This document shows, in pieces, positions 1 through 13,992 of a stretch of DNA of 64,000 nt. The stretch covers positions 41,726,001 to 41,790,000 of the forward strand of contig OZ024750.1 of assembly GCA_964016885.1 (NCBI GenBank), given 5' to 3'. The notes beneath the pieces were generated by a model. The model did not search any database. It saw nothing but the letters and a program-made list of their open reading frames with translations, and had not been told where the DNA came from. The position numbers and the translations under genes were made by a program. This stretch comes from Eledone cirrhosa. Lineage: Eukaryota. Numbering within the stretch: the first letter of the stretch is position 1; each line of letters starts with the position of its first letter.

Positions 1-3000
1 ACACCCCACTCTAGGTGGTATATCTCAGCTGTGGCAGGGAGTGACAGACATAAACCCCAGTCTTGGTGGTATATCTCAGCTGTGGCAGGGACTGCCAGAC
101 TCTACACCCCAGTCTAGCTGGTATATCTCAGCTGTGGTGGGGAGTGACAGACTCTACACCCCAGTCTAGGTGGTATATCTCAGCTGTGGTAGGGAGAGTT
201 AGACTCTACACCCCAGTCTAGGTGGTATATCTCAGCTGTGGTGGGGACTGACAGACTCTACACCCCAGTCTAGCTGGTATATCTCAGCTGTGGTAGGGAG
301 TGACGTACTCTACACCCTAGTCTAGGTGGTATATCTTAGCTGTGGTAGGGTGTGACAGACTCTACACCCCAGTCTAGCTGGTATATCTCAGCTGTGGTAG
401 GGAGTGACAGACTCTACACCCTAGTCTAGGTGGTATATCTCAGCTGTGGTAGGGAGTGACAGACTCTACACCCCAGTCTAGGTGGTATATCTCAGCTGTG
501 GTGGGGAGTGACAGACTCTACACCCCACTCTAGGTGGTATATCTCCACTGTGGTAGGGAGTGACAGACTCTACACCCCAGTCTAGGTGGTATATCTCAGC
601 TGTGGTAGGGAGTGACAGACTCTACACCCCAGTCCAGGTGGTATATCTCAGCTGTGGTAAAGAGTGACAGACTCTGCACCCCAGTCTAGGTGGTATATCT
701 CAGCTGTGGTGGGGAGTGACAGACTCTACACCCCAGTCTAGGTGGTATATCTCAGCTGTGGCAGGGAGTGACAGACTCTACACCCCAGTCTAGGTGGTAT
801 ATCTCAGCTGTGATAGGCAGTGACAGACTCTACACCCCAGTCTAGGTGGTATATCTCAGCTGGGAGTGACAGACTCTACACCCCAGTCTAGGTGGTATAT
901 CTCAGCTGTGGTAGGGTGTAACAGACTCTACACGCCAGTCTAGGTGGTATATCTCAGCTGTGGTAGGGAGTCACAGACTCTACACCCCAGTCTAGAGGGT
1001 ATATCTCAGCTGTGGTAGGGAGTGACAGACTCTACACCCCAGTCTAGGTGGTATATCTCAGTTGTGGTAGGGAGTGACAGATTCTACACCACAGTCTAGA
1101 GGGTATATCTCAGCTGTGGTAGGGAGTGGCAGACTCTACACCCCAGTCTAGGTGGTATATCTCAGCTGTGGTAGGGAGTGACAGACTCTACACCCCGGTC
1201 TAGGTGGTATATCTCAGCTGTGGTAGGGAGTGACAGACTCCACACCCCAGTCTAGGTGGTATATCTCAGCTGGGAGTGAAAGACTCTCCACCCTAGTCTA
1301 GAGGGTATATCTCAGCTGTGGTAAGGAGTGACAGATTCTACACCCCAGTCTAGGTGGTATATCTCAGCTGTGGTAGGGAGTGTCAGACTCTACACCCCAG
1401 TCTAGGTGGTATATCTCAGCTGTGGTAGGGAGTGACAGACGCTACACCCCAGTCTAGGTGGTATACCTCAGCTGTGGTAGAGAGTGACAGACTCCACACC
1501 CCAGTCTAGGTGGTATATCTCAGCTGTGGTAGGGAGTGACAGACTCTACACCCCAGTCTAGGTGGTATATCTCAGCTGTGGCAGGGAGTGACAGACTCTA
1601 CACCCCAGTCTAGGTGGTATATCTCAGCTGTGGTAGGAAGTGACAGACTCTACACCCCGGTCTAGGTGGTATATCTCAGCTGTGGTAGGGAGTGACAGAC
1701 TTTACACCCCAGTCTTGGTGGTATATCTCAGCTGTGGTAGGGAGTGACAGACTCTACACCCCACTCTAGGTGGTATATCTCAGCTGTGGTACTGAGAGGT
1801 AGACTCTACACCCCAGTCTAGGTGGTATATCTCAGCTGTGGTGGGGACTGACAGACTCTACACCCCAGTCTAACTGGTATATCTCAGCTGTGGTAGGGAG
1901 TGACAGACTCTACACCCTAGTCTAGGTGGTATATCTCAGCTGTGGTGTGGAGTGACAGACTCTACACCCCAGTCTAGGTGGTATATCTCAGCTGTGGCAG
2001 GGAGTGACAGACTCCACCCCCCAGTCTAGGTGGTATATCTCAGCTGTGGTGGGGAGTGACAGACTCTACACCCCACTCTAGGTGGTATATCTCAGCTGTG
2101 GCAGGGAGTGACAGACATAAACCCCAGTCTTGGTGGTATATCTCAGCTGTGGCAGGGACTGACAGACTCTACACCCCAGTCTAGCTGGTATATCTCAGCT
2201 GTGGTGGGGAGTGACAGACTGTACACCCCAATCTAGGTGGTATATCTCAGCTGTGGTAGGGAGAGTTAGACTCTACACCCCAGTCTAGGTGGTATATCTC
2301 AGCTGTGGTGGAGACTGACAGACTCTACACCCCAGTCTAGCTGGTATATCTCAGCTGTGGTAGGGAGTGACGGACTCTACACCCTAGTCTAGGTGGTATA
2401 TCTTAATTGTGGTAGGGAGTGACAGACTCTACACCCCACTCTAGGTGGTATATCTCAGCTGTGGCAGGGAGTGACAGACATAAACCCCAGTCTTGGTGGT
2501 ATATCTCAGCTGTGGCAGGGACTGACAGACTCTACACCCCAGTCTAGCTGGTATATCTCAGCTGTGGTGGGGAGTGACAGACTCTACACCCCAGTCTAGC
2601 TGGTATATCTCAGCTGTGGTAGGGAGAGTTAGACTCTACACCCCAGTCTAGGTGGTATATCTCAGCTGTGGTGGGGACTGACAGACTCTACACCCCAGTC
2701 TAGCTGGTATATCTAAGCTGTGGTAGGGAGTGACGGACTCTACACCCTAGTCTAGGTGGTATATCTCAGCTGGTGGTAGGGAGTGACAGACTCTACACCC
2801 CAGTCTAGCTGGTATATCTCAGCTGTGGTAGGGAGTGACAGACTCTACACCCTAGTCTAGGTGATATATCTAAGCTGTGGTAGGGAGTGACAGACTCTAC
2901 ACCCCAGTCTAGGTGGTATATCTCAGCTGTGGTGGGGAGTGACGGACTCTACACCCTAGTCTAGGTGGTATATCTTAATTGTGGTAGGGAGTGACAGACT

Positions 3001-6000
3001 CTACACCCCTCTCTAGGTGGTATATCTCAGCTGTGGCAGGGAGTGACAGACATAAACCCCAGTCTTGGTGGTATATCTCAGCTGTGGCAGGGACTGACAG
3101 ACTCTACACCCCAGTCTAGCTGGTATATCTCAGCTGTGGTGGGGAGTGACAGACTCTACACCCCAGTCTAGCTGGTATATCTCAGCTGTGGTAGGGAGAG
3201 TTAGACTCTACACCCCAGTCTAGGTGGTATATCTCAGCTGTGGTGGGGACTGACAGACTCTACACCCCAGTCTAGCTGGTATATCTAAGCTGTGGTGGGG
3301 AGTGACAGACTCTACACCCCACTCTAGGTGGTATATCTCAGCTGTGATAGGGAGTGACAGACTCTACACCCCAGTCTAGGTGGTATATCTCAGCTGTGGT
3401 GGGGAGTGACAGACTCTACACCCCAGTCTAGGTGGTATATCTCAGCTGTGGTAGGGAGAGGTAGACTCTACACCCCAGTCTAGGTGGTATATCTCAGCTG
3501 TGGTTGGGAGTCACAGACTCTAAACCCCAGTCTAGCTGGTATATCTCAGCTGTGGTAGGGAGTGACAGACTCTACACCCCAGTCTAGGTGGTATATCTCA
3601 GTTGTGGTAGGGAGTGACAGATTCTACACCACTGTCTAGAGGGTATATCTCAGCTGTGGTAGGGATTGGCAGACTCTACACCCCAGTCTAGGTGGTATAT
3701 CTCAGCTGTGGTAGGGAGTGACAGACTCCACACCCCAGTCTAGGTGGTATATCTCAGCTGGGAGTGACAGACTCTACACCCCAGTCTAGGTGGTTTATCT
3801 CAGCTGTGGTAGGGAGTGGCAGACACTACACCCCAGTCTAGGTGGTATATCTCAGCTGGGAGTGAAAGACTCTCCACCCCAGTCTAGAGGGTATATCTCA
3901 GCTGTGGTAAGGAGTGACAGATTCCAAACCCCAGTCTAGGTGGTATATCTCAGCTGTGGTAGGGAGTGTCAGACTCTACACCCCAGTCTAGGTGGTATAT
4001 CTCAGCTGTGATAGGGAGTGACAGACGCTACACCCCAGTCTAGGTGGTATACCTCAGCTGTGGTAGAGAGTGACAGACTCCACACCCCAGTCTAGGTGGT
4101 ATATCTCAGCTGTGGTAGGGAGTGACAGACTCTACACCCCAGTCTAGGTGGTATATCTCAGCTGTGGCAGGGAGTGACAGACTCTACACCCCAGTCTAGG
4201 TGGTATATCTCAGCTGTGGTAGGAAGTGACAGACTCTACACCCCGGTCTAGGTGGTATATCTCAGCTGTGGTAGGGAGTGACAGACTTTACACCCCAGTC
4301 TTGGTGGTATATCTCAGCTGTGGTGGGGAGTGACAGATTCTACACCCCAGTCTAGGTGGTATATCTCAGCTGTGGTAGTGAGAGGTAGACTCTACACCCC
4401 AGTCTAGGTGGTATATCTCAGCTGTGGTGGGGACTGACAGACTCTACACCCCAGTCTAGCTGGTATATCTCAGCTGTGGTAGGGAGTGACAGACTCTACA
4501 CCCTAGTCTAGGTGGTATATCTCAGCTGTGGTGTGGAGTGACAGACTCTACACCCCAGTCTAGGTGGTATATCTCAGCTGTGGCAGGGAGTGACAGACTC
4601 CACCCCCCAGTCTAGGTGGTATATCTCAGCTGTGGTAGGGAGTAACAGACTTTACACCCCAGTCTTGGTGGTATATCTCAGCTGTGGTGGGGAGTGACAG
4701 ATTCTACACCCCAGTCTAGGTGGTATATCTCAGCTGTGGTAGTGAGAGGTAGACTCTACACCCCAGTCTAGGTGGTATATCTCAGCTGTGGCAGGGAGTG
4801 ACAGACATAAACCCCAGTCTTGGTGGTATATCTCAGCTGTGGCAGGGACTGCCAGACTCTACACCCCAGTCTAGCTGGTATATCTCAGCTGTGGTGGGGA
4901 GTGACAGACTCTACACCCCAGTCTAGGTGGTATATCTCAGCTGTGGTAGGGAGAGTTAGACTCTACACCCCAGTCTAGGTGGTATATCTCAGCTGTGGTG
5001 GGGACTGACAGACTCTACACCCCAGTCTAGCTGGTATATCTCAGCTGTGGTAGGGAGTGACGGACTCTACACCCTAGTCTAGGTGGTATATCTTAGCTGT
5101 GGTAGGGAGTGACAGACTCTACACCCCAGTCTAGCTGGTATATCTCAGCTGTGGTAGGGAGTGACAGACTCTACACCCTAGTCTAGGTGGTATATCTCAG
5201 CTGTGGTAGGGAGTGACAGACTCTACACCCCAGTCTAGGTGGTATATCTCAGCTGTGGTGGGGAGTGACAGACTCTACACCCCACTCTAGGTGGTATATC
5301 TCAGCTGTGGCAGGGAGTGACAGACTCTACACCCCAGTCTAGGTGGTATATCTCAGCTGGGAGTGACAGACTCTACACCCCAGTCTAGGTGGTATATCTC
5401 AGCTGTGGCAGGGAGTGACAGACTCTACACCCCAGTCTAGGTGGTATATCTCAGCTGTGGTAGGGAGTGGCAGACTCTACACCCCAGTCTGGGTGGTATA
5501 TCTCAGCTGTGGTAGGGAGTGACAGACTCTACACCCCAGTCTAGGTGGTATATCTCAGCTGTGGTAGGGAGTGACAGACTCCACAGCCCAGTCTAGGTAG
5601 TATATCTCAGCTGGGAGTGACAGACTCTACACCCCAGTCTAGAGGGTATATCTCAGCTGTGGTAAGGAGTGACAGACTCTACACCCCAGTCTAGGTGGTA
5701 TATCTCAGCTGTGGTGTGGAGTGACAGACTCTACACCCCAGTCTAGGTGGTATATCTCAGCTGTGGCAGGGAGTGACAGACTCCACCCCCCAGTCTAGGT
5801 GGTATATCTCAGCTGTGGTGGGGAGTGACAGACTCTACACCCCACTCTAGGTGGTATATCTCAGCTGTGGCAGGGAGTGACAGACATAAACCCCAGTCTT
5901 GGTGGTATATCTCAGCTGTGGCAGGGACTGCCAGACTCTACACCCCAGTCTAGCTGGTATATCTCAGCTGTGGTGGGGAGTGACAGACTCTACACCCCAG

Positions 6001-9000
6001 TCTAGGTGGTATATCTCAGCTGTGGTAGGGAGAGTTAGACTCTACACCCCAGTCTAGGTGGTATATCTCAGCTGTGGTGGGGACTGACAGACTCTACACC
6101 CCAGTCTAGCTGGTATATCTCAGCTGTGGTAGGGAGTGACGTACTCTACACCCTAGTCTAGGTGGTATATCTTAGCTGTGGTAGGGTGTGACAGACTCTA
6201 CACCCCAGTCTAGCTGGTATATCTCAGCTGTGGTAGGGAGTGACAGACTCTACACCCTAGTCTAGGTGGTATATCTCAGCTGTGGTAGGGAGTGACAGAC
6301 TCTACACCCCAGTCTAGGTGGTATATCTCAGCTGTGGTGGGGAGTGACAGACTCTACACCCCACTCTAGGTGGTATATCTCCACTGTGGTAGGGAGTGAC
6401 AGACTCTACACCCCAGTCTAGGTGGTATATCTCAGCTGTGGTAGGGAGTGACAGACTCTACACCCCAGTCCAGGTGGTATATCTCAGCTGTGGTAAAGAG
6501 TGACAGACTCTGCACCCCAGTCTAGGTGGTATATCTCAGCTGTGGTGGGGAGTGACAGACTCTACACCCCAGTCTAGGTGGTATATCTCAGCTGTGGCAG
6601 GGAGTGACAGACTCTACACCCCAGTCTAGGTGGTATATCTCAGCTGTGATAGGCAGTGACAGACTCTACACCCCAGTCTAGGTGGTATATCTCAGCTGGG
6701 AGTGACAGACTCTACACCCCAGTCTAGGTGGTATATCTCAGCTGTGGTAGGGTGTAACAGACTCTACACCCCAGTGTAGGTGGTATATCTCAGCTGTGGT
6801 AGGGAGTGGCAGACTCTACACGCCAGTCTAGGTGGTATATCTCAGCTGTGGTAGGGAGTCACAGACTCTACACCCCAGTCTAGAGGGTATATCTCAGCTG
6901 TGGTAGGGAGTGACAGACTCTACACCCCAGTCTAGGTGGTATATCTCAGTTGTGGTAGGGAGTGACAGATTCTACACCACAGTCTAGAGGGTATATCTCA
7001 GCTGTGGTAGGGAGTGGCAGACTCTACACCCCAGTCTAGGTGGTATATCTCAGCTGTGGTAGGGAGTGACAGACTCTACAACCCGCTCTAGGTGGTATAT
7101 CTCAGCTGTGGTAGGGAGTGACAGACTCCACACCCCAGTCTAGGTGGTATATCTCAGCTGGGAGTGAAAGACTCTCCACCCTAGTCTAGAGGGTATATCT
7201 CAGCTGTGGTAAGGAGTGACAGATTCTACACCCCAGTCTAGGTGGTATATCTCAGCTGTGGTAGGGAGTGTCAGACTCTACACCCCAGTCTAGGTGGTAT
7301 ATCTCAGCTGTGGTAGGGAGTGACAGACGCTACACCCCAGTCTAGGTGGTATACCTCAGCTGTGGTAGAGAGTGACAGACTCCACACCCCAGTCTAGGTG
7401 GTATATCTCAGCTGTGGTAGGGAGTGACAGACTCTACACCCCAGTCTAGGTGGTATATCTCAGCTGTGGCAGGGAGTGACAGACTCTACACCCCAGTCTA
7501 GGTGGTATATCTCAGCTGTGGTAGGAAGTGACAGACTCTACACCCCGGTCTAGGTGGTATATCTCAGCTGTGGTAGGGAGTGACAGACTTTACACCCCAG
7601 TCTTGGTGGTATATCTCAGCTGTGGTGGGGAGTGACAGACTCTACACCCCACTCTAGGTGGTATATCTCAGCTGTGGTAGTGAGAGGTAGACTCTACACC
7701 CCAGTCTAGGTGGTATATCTCAGCTGTGGTGGGGACTGACAGACTCTACACCCCAGTCTAACTGGTATATCTCAGCTGTGGTAGGGAGTGACAGACTCTA
7801 CACCCTAGTCTAGGTGGTATATCTCAGCTGTGGTGTGGAGTGACAGACTCTACACCCCAGTCTAGGTGGTATATCTCAGCTGTGGCAGGGAGTGACAGAC
7901 TCCACCCCCCAGTCTAGGTGGTATATCTCAGCTGTGGTGGGGAGTGACAGACTCTACACCCCACTCTAGGTGGTATATCTCAGCTGTGGCAGGGAGTGAC
8001 AGACATAAACCCCAGTCTTGGTGGTATATCTCAGCTGTGGCAGGGACTGACAGACTCTACACCCCAGTCTAGCTGGTATATCTCAGCTGTGGTGGGGAGT
8101 GACAGACTGTACACCCCAATCTAGGTGGTATATCTCAGCTGTGGTAGGGAGAGTTAGACTCTACACCCCAGTCTAGGTGGTATATCTCAGCTGTGGTGGA
8201 GACTGACAGACTCTACACCCCAGTCTAGCTGGTATATCTCAGCTGTGGTAGGGAGTGACGGACTCTACACCCTAGTCTAGGTGGTATATCTTAATTGTGG
8301 TAGGGAGTGACAGACTCTACACCCCACTCTAGGTGGTATATCTCAGCTGTGGCAGGGAGTGACAGACATAAACCCCAGTCTTGGTGGTATATCTCAGCTG
8401 TGGCAGGGACTGACAGACTCTACACCCCAGTCTAGCTGGTATATCTCAGCTGTGGTGGGGAGTGACAGACTCTACACCCCAGTCTAGCTGGTATATCTCA
8501 GCTGTGGTAGGGAGAGTTAGACTCTACACCCCAGTCTAGGTGGTATATCTCAGCTGTGGTGGGGACTGACAGACTCTACACCCCAGTCTAGCTGGTATAT
8601 CTAAGCTGTGGTAGGGAGTGACGGACTCTACACCCTAGTCTAGGTGGTATATCTCAGCTGGTGGTAGGGAGTGACAGACTCTACACCCCAGTCTAGCTGG
8701 TATATCTCAGCTGTGGTAGGGAGTGACAGACTCTACACCCTAGTCTAGGTGATATATCTAAGCTGTGGTAGGGAGTGACAGACTCTACACCCCAGTCTAG
8801 GTGGTATATCTCAGCTGTGGTGGGGAGTGACAGACTCTACACCCCACTCTAGGTGGTATATCTCAGCTGTGGTAGGGAGATACAGACTCTACACCCCAGT
8901 CTAGGTGGTATATCTCAGCTGTGGTGGGGAGTGACAGACTCTACACCCCAGTCTAGCTGGTATATCTCAGCTGTGGTAGGGAGTGACAGACTCTACACCC

Positions 9001-11767
9001 CAGTCTAGGTGGTATATCTCAGCTGTGGTAGGGAGTGATAGACTCTACACCCCAGTCTAGGTGGTATATCTCAGCTGTGGTAGGGACTGACAGACTCTAC
9101 ACCCCAGTCTAGGTGGTATATCTCAGCTGTGGTAGGGAGTGATAGACTCTACACCCCAGTCTAGGTGGTATATCTCAGCTGTGGTAGGGAGTGACAGACT
9201 CTACACCCCAGTCTAGGTGGTATATCTCAGCTGTGGTAGGGAGTGATAGACTCTACACCCCAGTCTAGGTGGTATATCTCAGCTGTGGCAGGGAGTGACA
9301 GACTCTACACCCCAGTCTAGAGGGTATATCTCAGCTGTGGTAGGGAGTGACAGACTCTACACCCTAGTCTAGGTGGTATATCTCATCTGTGGTGGGGAGT
9401 GACAGACTCTACCCCCCAGTCTAGGTGGTATATCTCAGCTGTGGCAGGGAGTGACAGACTCCACACCCCAATCTAGGTAGTATATCTCAGCTGTGGTGGG
9501 GAGTGACAGACTCTACACCCCACTCTAGGTGGTATATCTCAGCTCTGGCAGGGAGTGACAGACATAAACCCCAGTCTTGGTGGTATATCTCAGCTGTGGT
9601 AGGGAGTGACAGACTCTACACCCCAGTCTAGGTGGTATATCTCAGCTGTGGTAGGGAGTGGCAGACTCTACACCCCAGTCTGGGTGGCATATCTCAGCTG
9701 TGGTAGGGAGTGACAGACTCTACACCCCAGTCTAGGTGGTATATCTCAGCTGTGGTAGGGAGTGACAGACTCCACACCCCAGTCTAGGTGGTATATCTCA
9801 GCTGGGAGTGACAGACTCTACATCCCAGTCTAGAGGGTATATCTCAGCTGTGGTAAGGAGTGACAGACTCTACACCCCAGTCTAGGTGGTATATCTCAGC
9901 TGTGGTAGGGAGTGACAGACTCTACACCCTAGTCTAGGTGGTATATCTCAGCTGTGGTGTGGAGTGACAGACTCTACACCCCAGTCTAGGTGGTATATCT
10001 CAGCTGTGGCAGGGAGTGACAGACTCCACACCCCAGTCTACGTGGTATATCTCAGCTGTGGTGGGGAGTGACAGACTCTACACCCCACTCTAGGTGGTAT
10101 ATCTCAGCTGTGGCAGGGAGTGACAGACATAAACCCCAGTCTTGTTGGTATATCTCAGCTGTGGCAGGGACTGACAGACTCTACACCCCAGTCTAGCTGG
10201 TATATCTCAGCTGTGGTGGGGAGTGACAGACTCTACACCCCAGTCTAGGTGGTATATCTCAGCTGTGGTAGGGAGAGTTAGACTCTACACCCCAGTCTAG
10301 GTAGTATATCTCAGCTGTGGTGGGGACTGACAGACTCTACACCCCAGTCTAGCTGGTATATCTCAGCTGTGGTAGGGAGTGACGGACTCTACACCCTAGT
10401 CTAGGTGGTATATCTCAGCTGTGGTAGGGAGTGACAGACTCTACACCCCAGTCTAGCTGGTATATCTCAGCTGTGGTAGGGAGTGACAGACTCTACACCC
10501 CAGTCTAGGTGGTATATCTCAGCTGTGGTGGGGAGTGACAGACTCTACACCCCAGTCTAGCTAGTATATCTCAGCTGTGGTAGGGAGTGACAGACTCTAC
10601 ACCCCAGTCTAGGTGGTATATCTCAGCTGTGGTAGGGAGTGATAGACTCTACACCCCAGTCTAGGTGGTATATCTCAGCTGTGTTAGGGATTGACAGACT
10701 CTACACCCCAGTCTAGGTGGTATATCTCAGCTGTGGTAGGGAGTGATAGACTCTACACCCCAGTCTAGATGGTATATCTCAGCTGTGGTAGGAAGTGACA
10801 GACTCTACACCCCAGTCTAGGTGGTATATCTCAGCTGTGGTAGGGAGTGATAGACTCTACACCCCAGTCTAGGTGGTATATCTCAGCTGTGGCAGGGAGT
10901 GACAGACTCTACACCCCAGTCTAGAGGGTATATCTCAGCTGTGGTAGGGACTGACAGACTCTACACCCTAGTCTAGGTGGTATATCTCAGCTGTGGTGGG
11001 GAGTGACAGACTCTACACCCCAGTCTAGGTGGTATATCTCAGCTGTGGCAGGGAGTGACAGACTCCACACCCCAGTCTAGGTAGTATATCTCAGCTGTGG
11101 TGGGGAGTGACAGACTCTACACCCCACTCTAGGTGGTATATCTCAGCTGTGGCAGGGAGTGACAGACATAAACCCCAGTCTTGGTGGTATATCTCAGCTG
11201 TGGTAGGGAGTGACAGACTCTACACCCCAGTCTAGGTGGTATATCTCAGCTGTGGCAGGGAGTGACAGACTCTACACCCCAGTCTAGCTGGTATATCTCA
11301 GCTGTGGTAGGGAGTGACAGACTCTACACCCTAGTCTAGGTGGTATATCTCAGCTGTGGTGGGGAGTGACAGACTCTACACCCCAGTCTAGGTGGTATAT
11401 CTCAGCTGTGGCAGGGAGTGACAGACTCCACACCCCAGTCTAGGTAGTATATCTCAGCTGTGGTGGGGAGTGACAGACTCTACACCCCACTCTAGGTGGT
11501 ATATCTCAGCTGTGGCAGGGAGTGACAGACATAAACCCCAGTCTTGGTGGTATATCTCAGCTGTGGTAGGGAGTGACAGACTCTACAGCCCAGTCTAGGT
11601 GGTATATCTCAGCTGTGGTGGGGACTGACAGACTCTACACCCCAGTCTAGGTGGTATATCTCAGCTGTGGTGGGGAGTGACAGACTCTACACCCCAGTCT
11701 AGGTGGTATATCTCAGCTGGGAGTCACAGACTCTACACCCCAGTCTAGGTGGTATATCTCAGCTGTG
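1..11767. repeat. 52-bp satellite array (~225 copies, runs off the window start)
   Basis: Tandem unit ACAGACTCTACACCCCAGTCTAGGTGGTATATCTCAGCTGTGGTAGGGAGTG with recurrent 51-bp (ACATAAACCCC) and shorter (CAGCTGGGAG) variants; ends at ...CAGCTGTG 11767. Confidence 0.98.
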
Positions 11768-12077
11768 CTCTACAAGGACACTGTCAGAGTGAACAGCCAG
11801 CAACATCCACTATATCAACCACTCCACCTCACAAGGCTCCTTCTTCAGAAAGGGAGGTTTCAAGCTGGTATGAAAAGGGTTAACAAAGCAGTTATTTTAA
11901 TGTTGAGCTTCTTTAACTGTATCATCGGCTGGCAAGAAGCCATTTGGCAAGTTTGACTTTAGAGGAAACTAATAGATCTTTCTATCATTAAATTAGGTTT
12001 TAACTGATATCTCACACCTCAACTACTGGCAATGTTCTAGCAGCCCCATGTTTCATCTGTGACCAAAGAAGGTCTTT

Positions 12078-12114
12078 TTATATATATATATATCAACCTA
12101 TATGTATATACATA

Positions 12115-12159
<45 letters not shown>

Positions 12160-12277
12160 GTGTGTGTGTGTGTGTGTATATATATATGTGTATATAATTA
12201 TATATATATATATGTATTATATATATATATGAGTAATGCTCAAACCAGTTTGTTACTGAATCCATCTTAATTTATTA

Positions 12278-12355
<78 letters not shown>

Positions 12356-12459
12356 TCATCATCATGATTTGACGTCTGCTTTTCCCTGCTTGCAAGGGCG
12401 GGAATATATATAAAGCAATTATGGTGAAATAACCCCATCTTAACTACTCTTATTAATTT

Positions 12460-12503
<44 letters not shown>

Positions 12504-12905
12504 ATAGAATGAAACGAAATCTCCTTTCTCACTCTTAGTACGGCACTTACTTAAATATAAGTATGTATGTATGTATGTATACGTACATACATATATGTAT
12601 ACAGACGTACAGTAGTATGTATATATATATACACACATGCACACATATATATATATGCACATATCGGTTTACCGAACATTTATTATAATGTTCGGTTTGT
12701 TTGTTTGTAAACAAACAAACAGCCCGAATTACGCCGTACAGATATATGTGTGCATGTATGTATATATATACATACTACTTTACATCTGTATACATATATA
12801 TATGTACATGTACATACATATATACTTACATATATATATATATATATACCAGTTACTATATGCCTGAATTATTGTTGGCATTTTGCTTACATCAATTTTA
12901 TTTTC

Positions 12906-12960
<55 letters not shown>
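12078..12960. repeat. Cluster of (AT)n, (GT)n, (AG)n and (ATGT)n microsatellites
   Basis: Directly visible di- and tetranucleotide runs; source of the YIYI ORFs. Confidence 0.95.
12353..12403 (-). mobile_element. ~50-bp 3' end of the RTE LINE family, severely 5'-truncated
   Basis: CATCATCATGATTTGACGTCTGCTTTTCCCTGCTTGCAAGGGCGGGA closely matches the LINE 3' end at 14010-14054; (AT)n on both sides. Confidence 0.85.
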
Positions 12961-12963
<3 letters not shown>

Positions 12964-13066
12964 ATAGGGAGATAAAGACGATTATTTTTTTTTCCTTTTA
13001 TTTTTTCTCTTTTTTACTTTGTGTGAAGTGTTAAGGTATTAGTTAATTTATTTATTAATTAATAAT

Positions 13067-13247
13067 TGTTTCTACTTTTGGCACAAGGCCAGCAATTAAC
13101 CCAGTGTATTACTGGTACTTTATTTTATCGACCCCGAAAGGATGAAAGGCAAAGTTAACCTCGGCGGGATTTGAACTCAGAATGGCAAGGACCGTAACTC
13201 TATGCGTCAAAGCATGGCGTCCGACCCTCTACTGGTACTGCCAATCC
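13067..13247 (-). mobile_element. tRNA-headed SINE
   Basis: Minus-strand box-B-like GAGTTCAAATCC, core CCGAGGTTAACTTTGCCTTTCATCCTTTCGGGGTCGATAAAATAAAGTACCAG, tail GTAGAAACAATT; 18-bp TSD TATTTATTAATTAATAAT at 13049-13066 and 13248-13265. Confidence 0.9.
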
Positions 13248-13355
13248 TATTTATTAATTAATAATGGCATTTATTTATTTATTTAATCATCATTTTATCC
13301 CTATTTTCATATATATATATTCCAATTCATGTGCTCCTTCTCCACATTTTATAAT

Positions 13356-13454
<99 letters not shown>

Positions 13455-13556
13455 ATTTGCGTGTATATATATCCATATGTGGTTGACGGCTGAGATAAAA
13501 GAGTACTCAATACCTATGTAGACTTTAAATATATCACTTCATTATGGCTAAATAAT

Positions 13557-13746
13557 TGTTTCTACTTTTTGGCCCAAGGCCAGAAATTACCCAGTGTATT
13601 ACTGGTACTTTATTTTTATCGACCCCGTAAGGATGAAAGGTAAAGTCAACCTTGGCGGGATTTGAACTCAGATCATAAAGGGACGTAACTATGCTGGAAA
13701 GCATGGCGTCCGACCCTCCACCGATACTGCCAATCCACCGCCCTTA
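13557..13746 (-). mobile_element. tRNA-headed SINE, full length
   Basis: Same family as 13067-13247; 14-bp TSD TATGGCTAAATAAT at 13543-13556 and 13747-13760. Confidence 0.92.
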
Positions 13747-13992
13747 TATGGCTAAATAATGAGTCTTGTTAATAGGGAGTGATGTCTAGTTATTCTGGAG
13801 ACTAACTATCTAGCCTTAATAAAATAAATAAATATATATACTTTTAACAGTCCGTTCTGAAATCATTAGGAATGAAACAACTGTTCTAGTCCTGTAGAAG
13901 CCACTTCTATATTAAATAATGATGTTTACACTCTATTAATTCATTGAGTACCTTTTTAACTCAATTAATCTACCTACTCAGAATCTACCTAT

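Noticed and set aside
11765-11956. 63-aa ORF at the satellite border, and a TE origin for the 52-bp unit
   Set aside because: GTG start inside the last repeat and no recognisable motif; none of the six frames of the 52-mer resembled a TE protein I could recognise.
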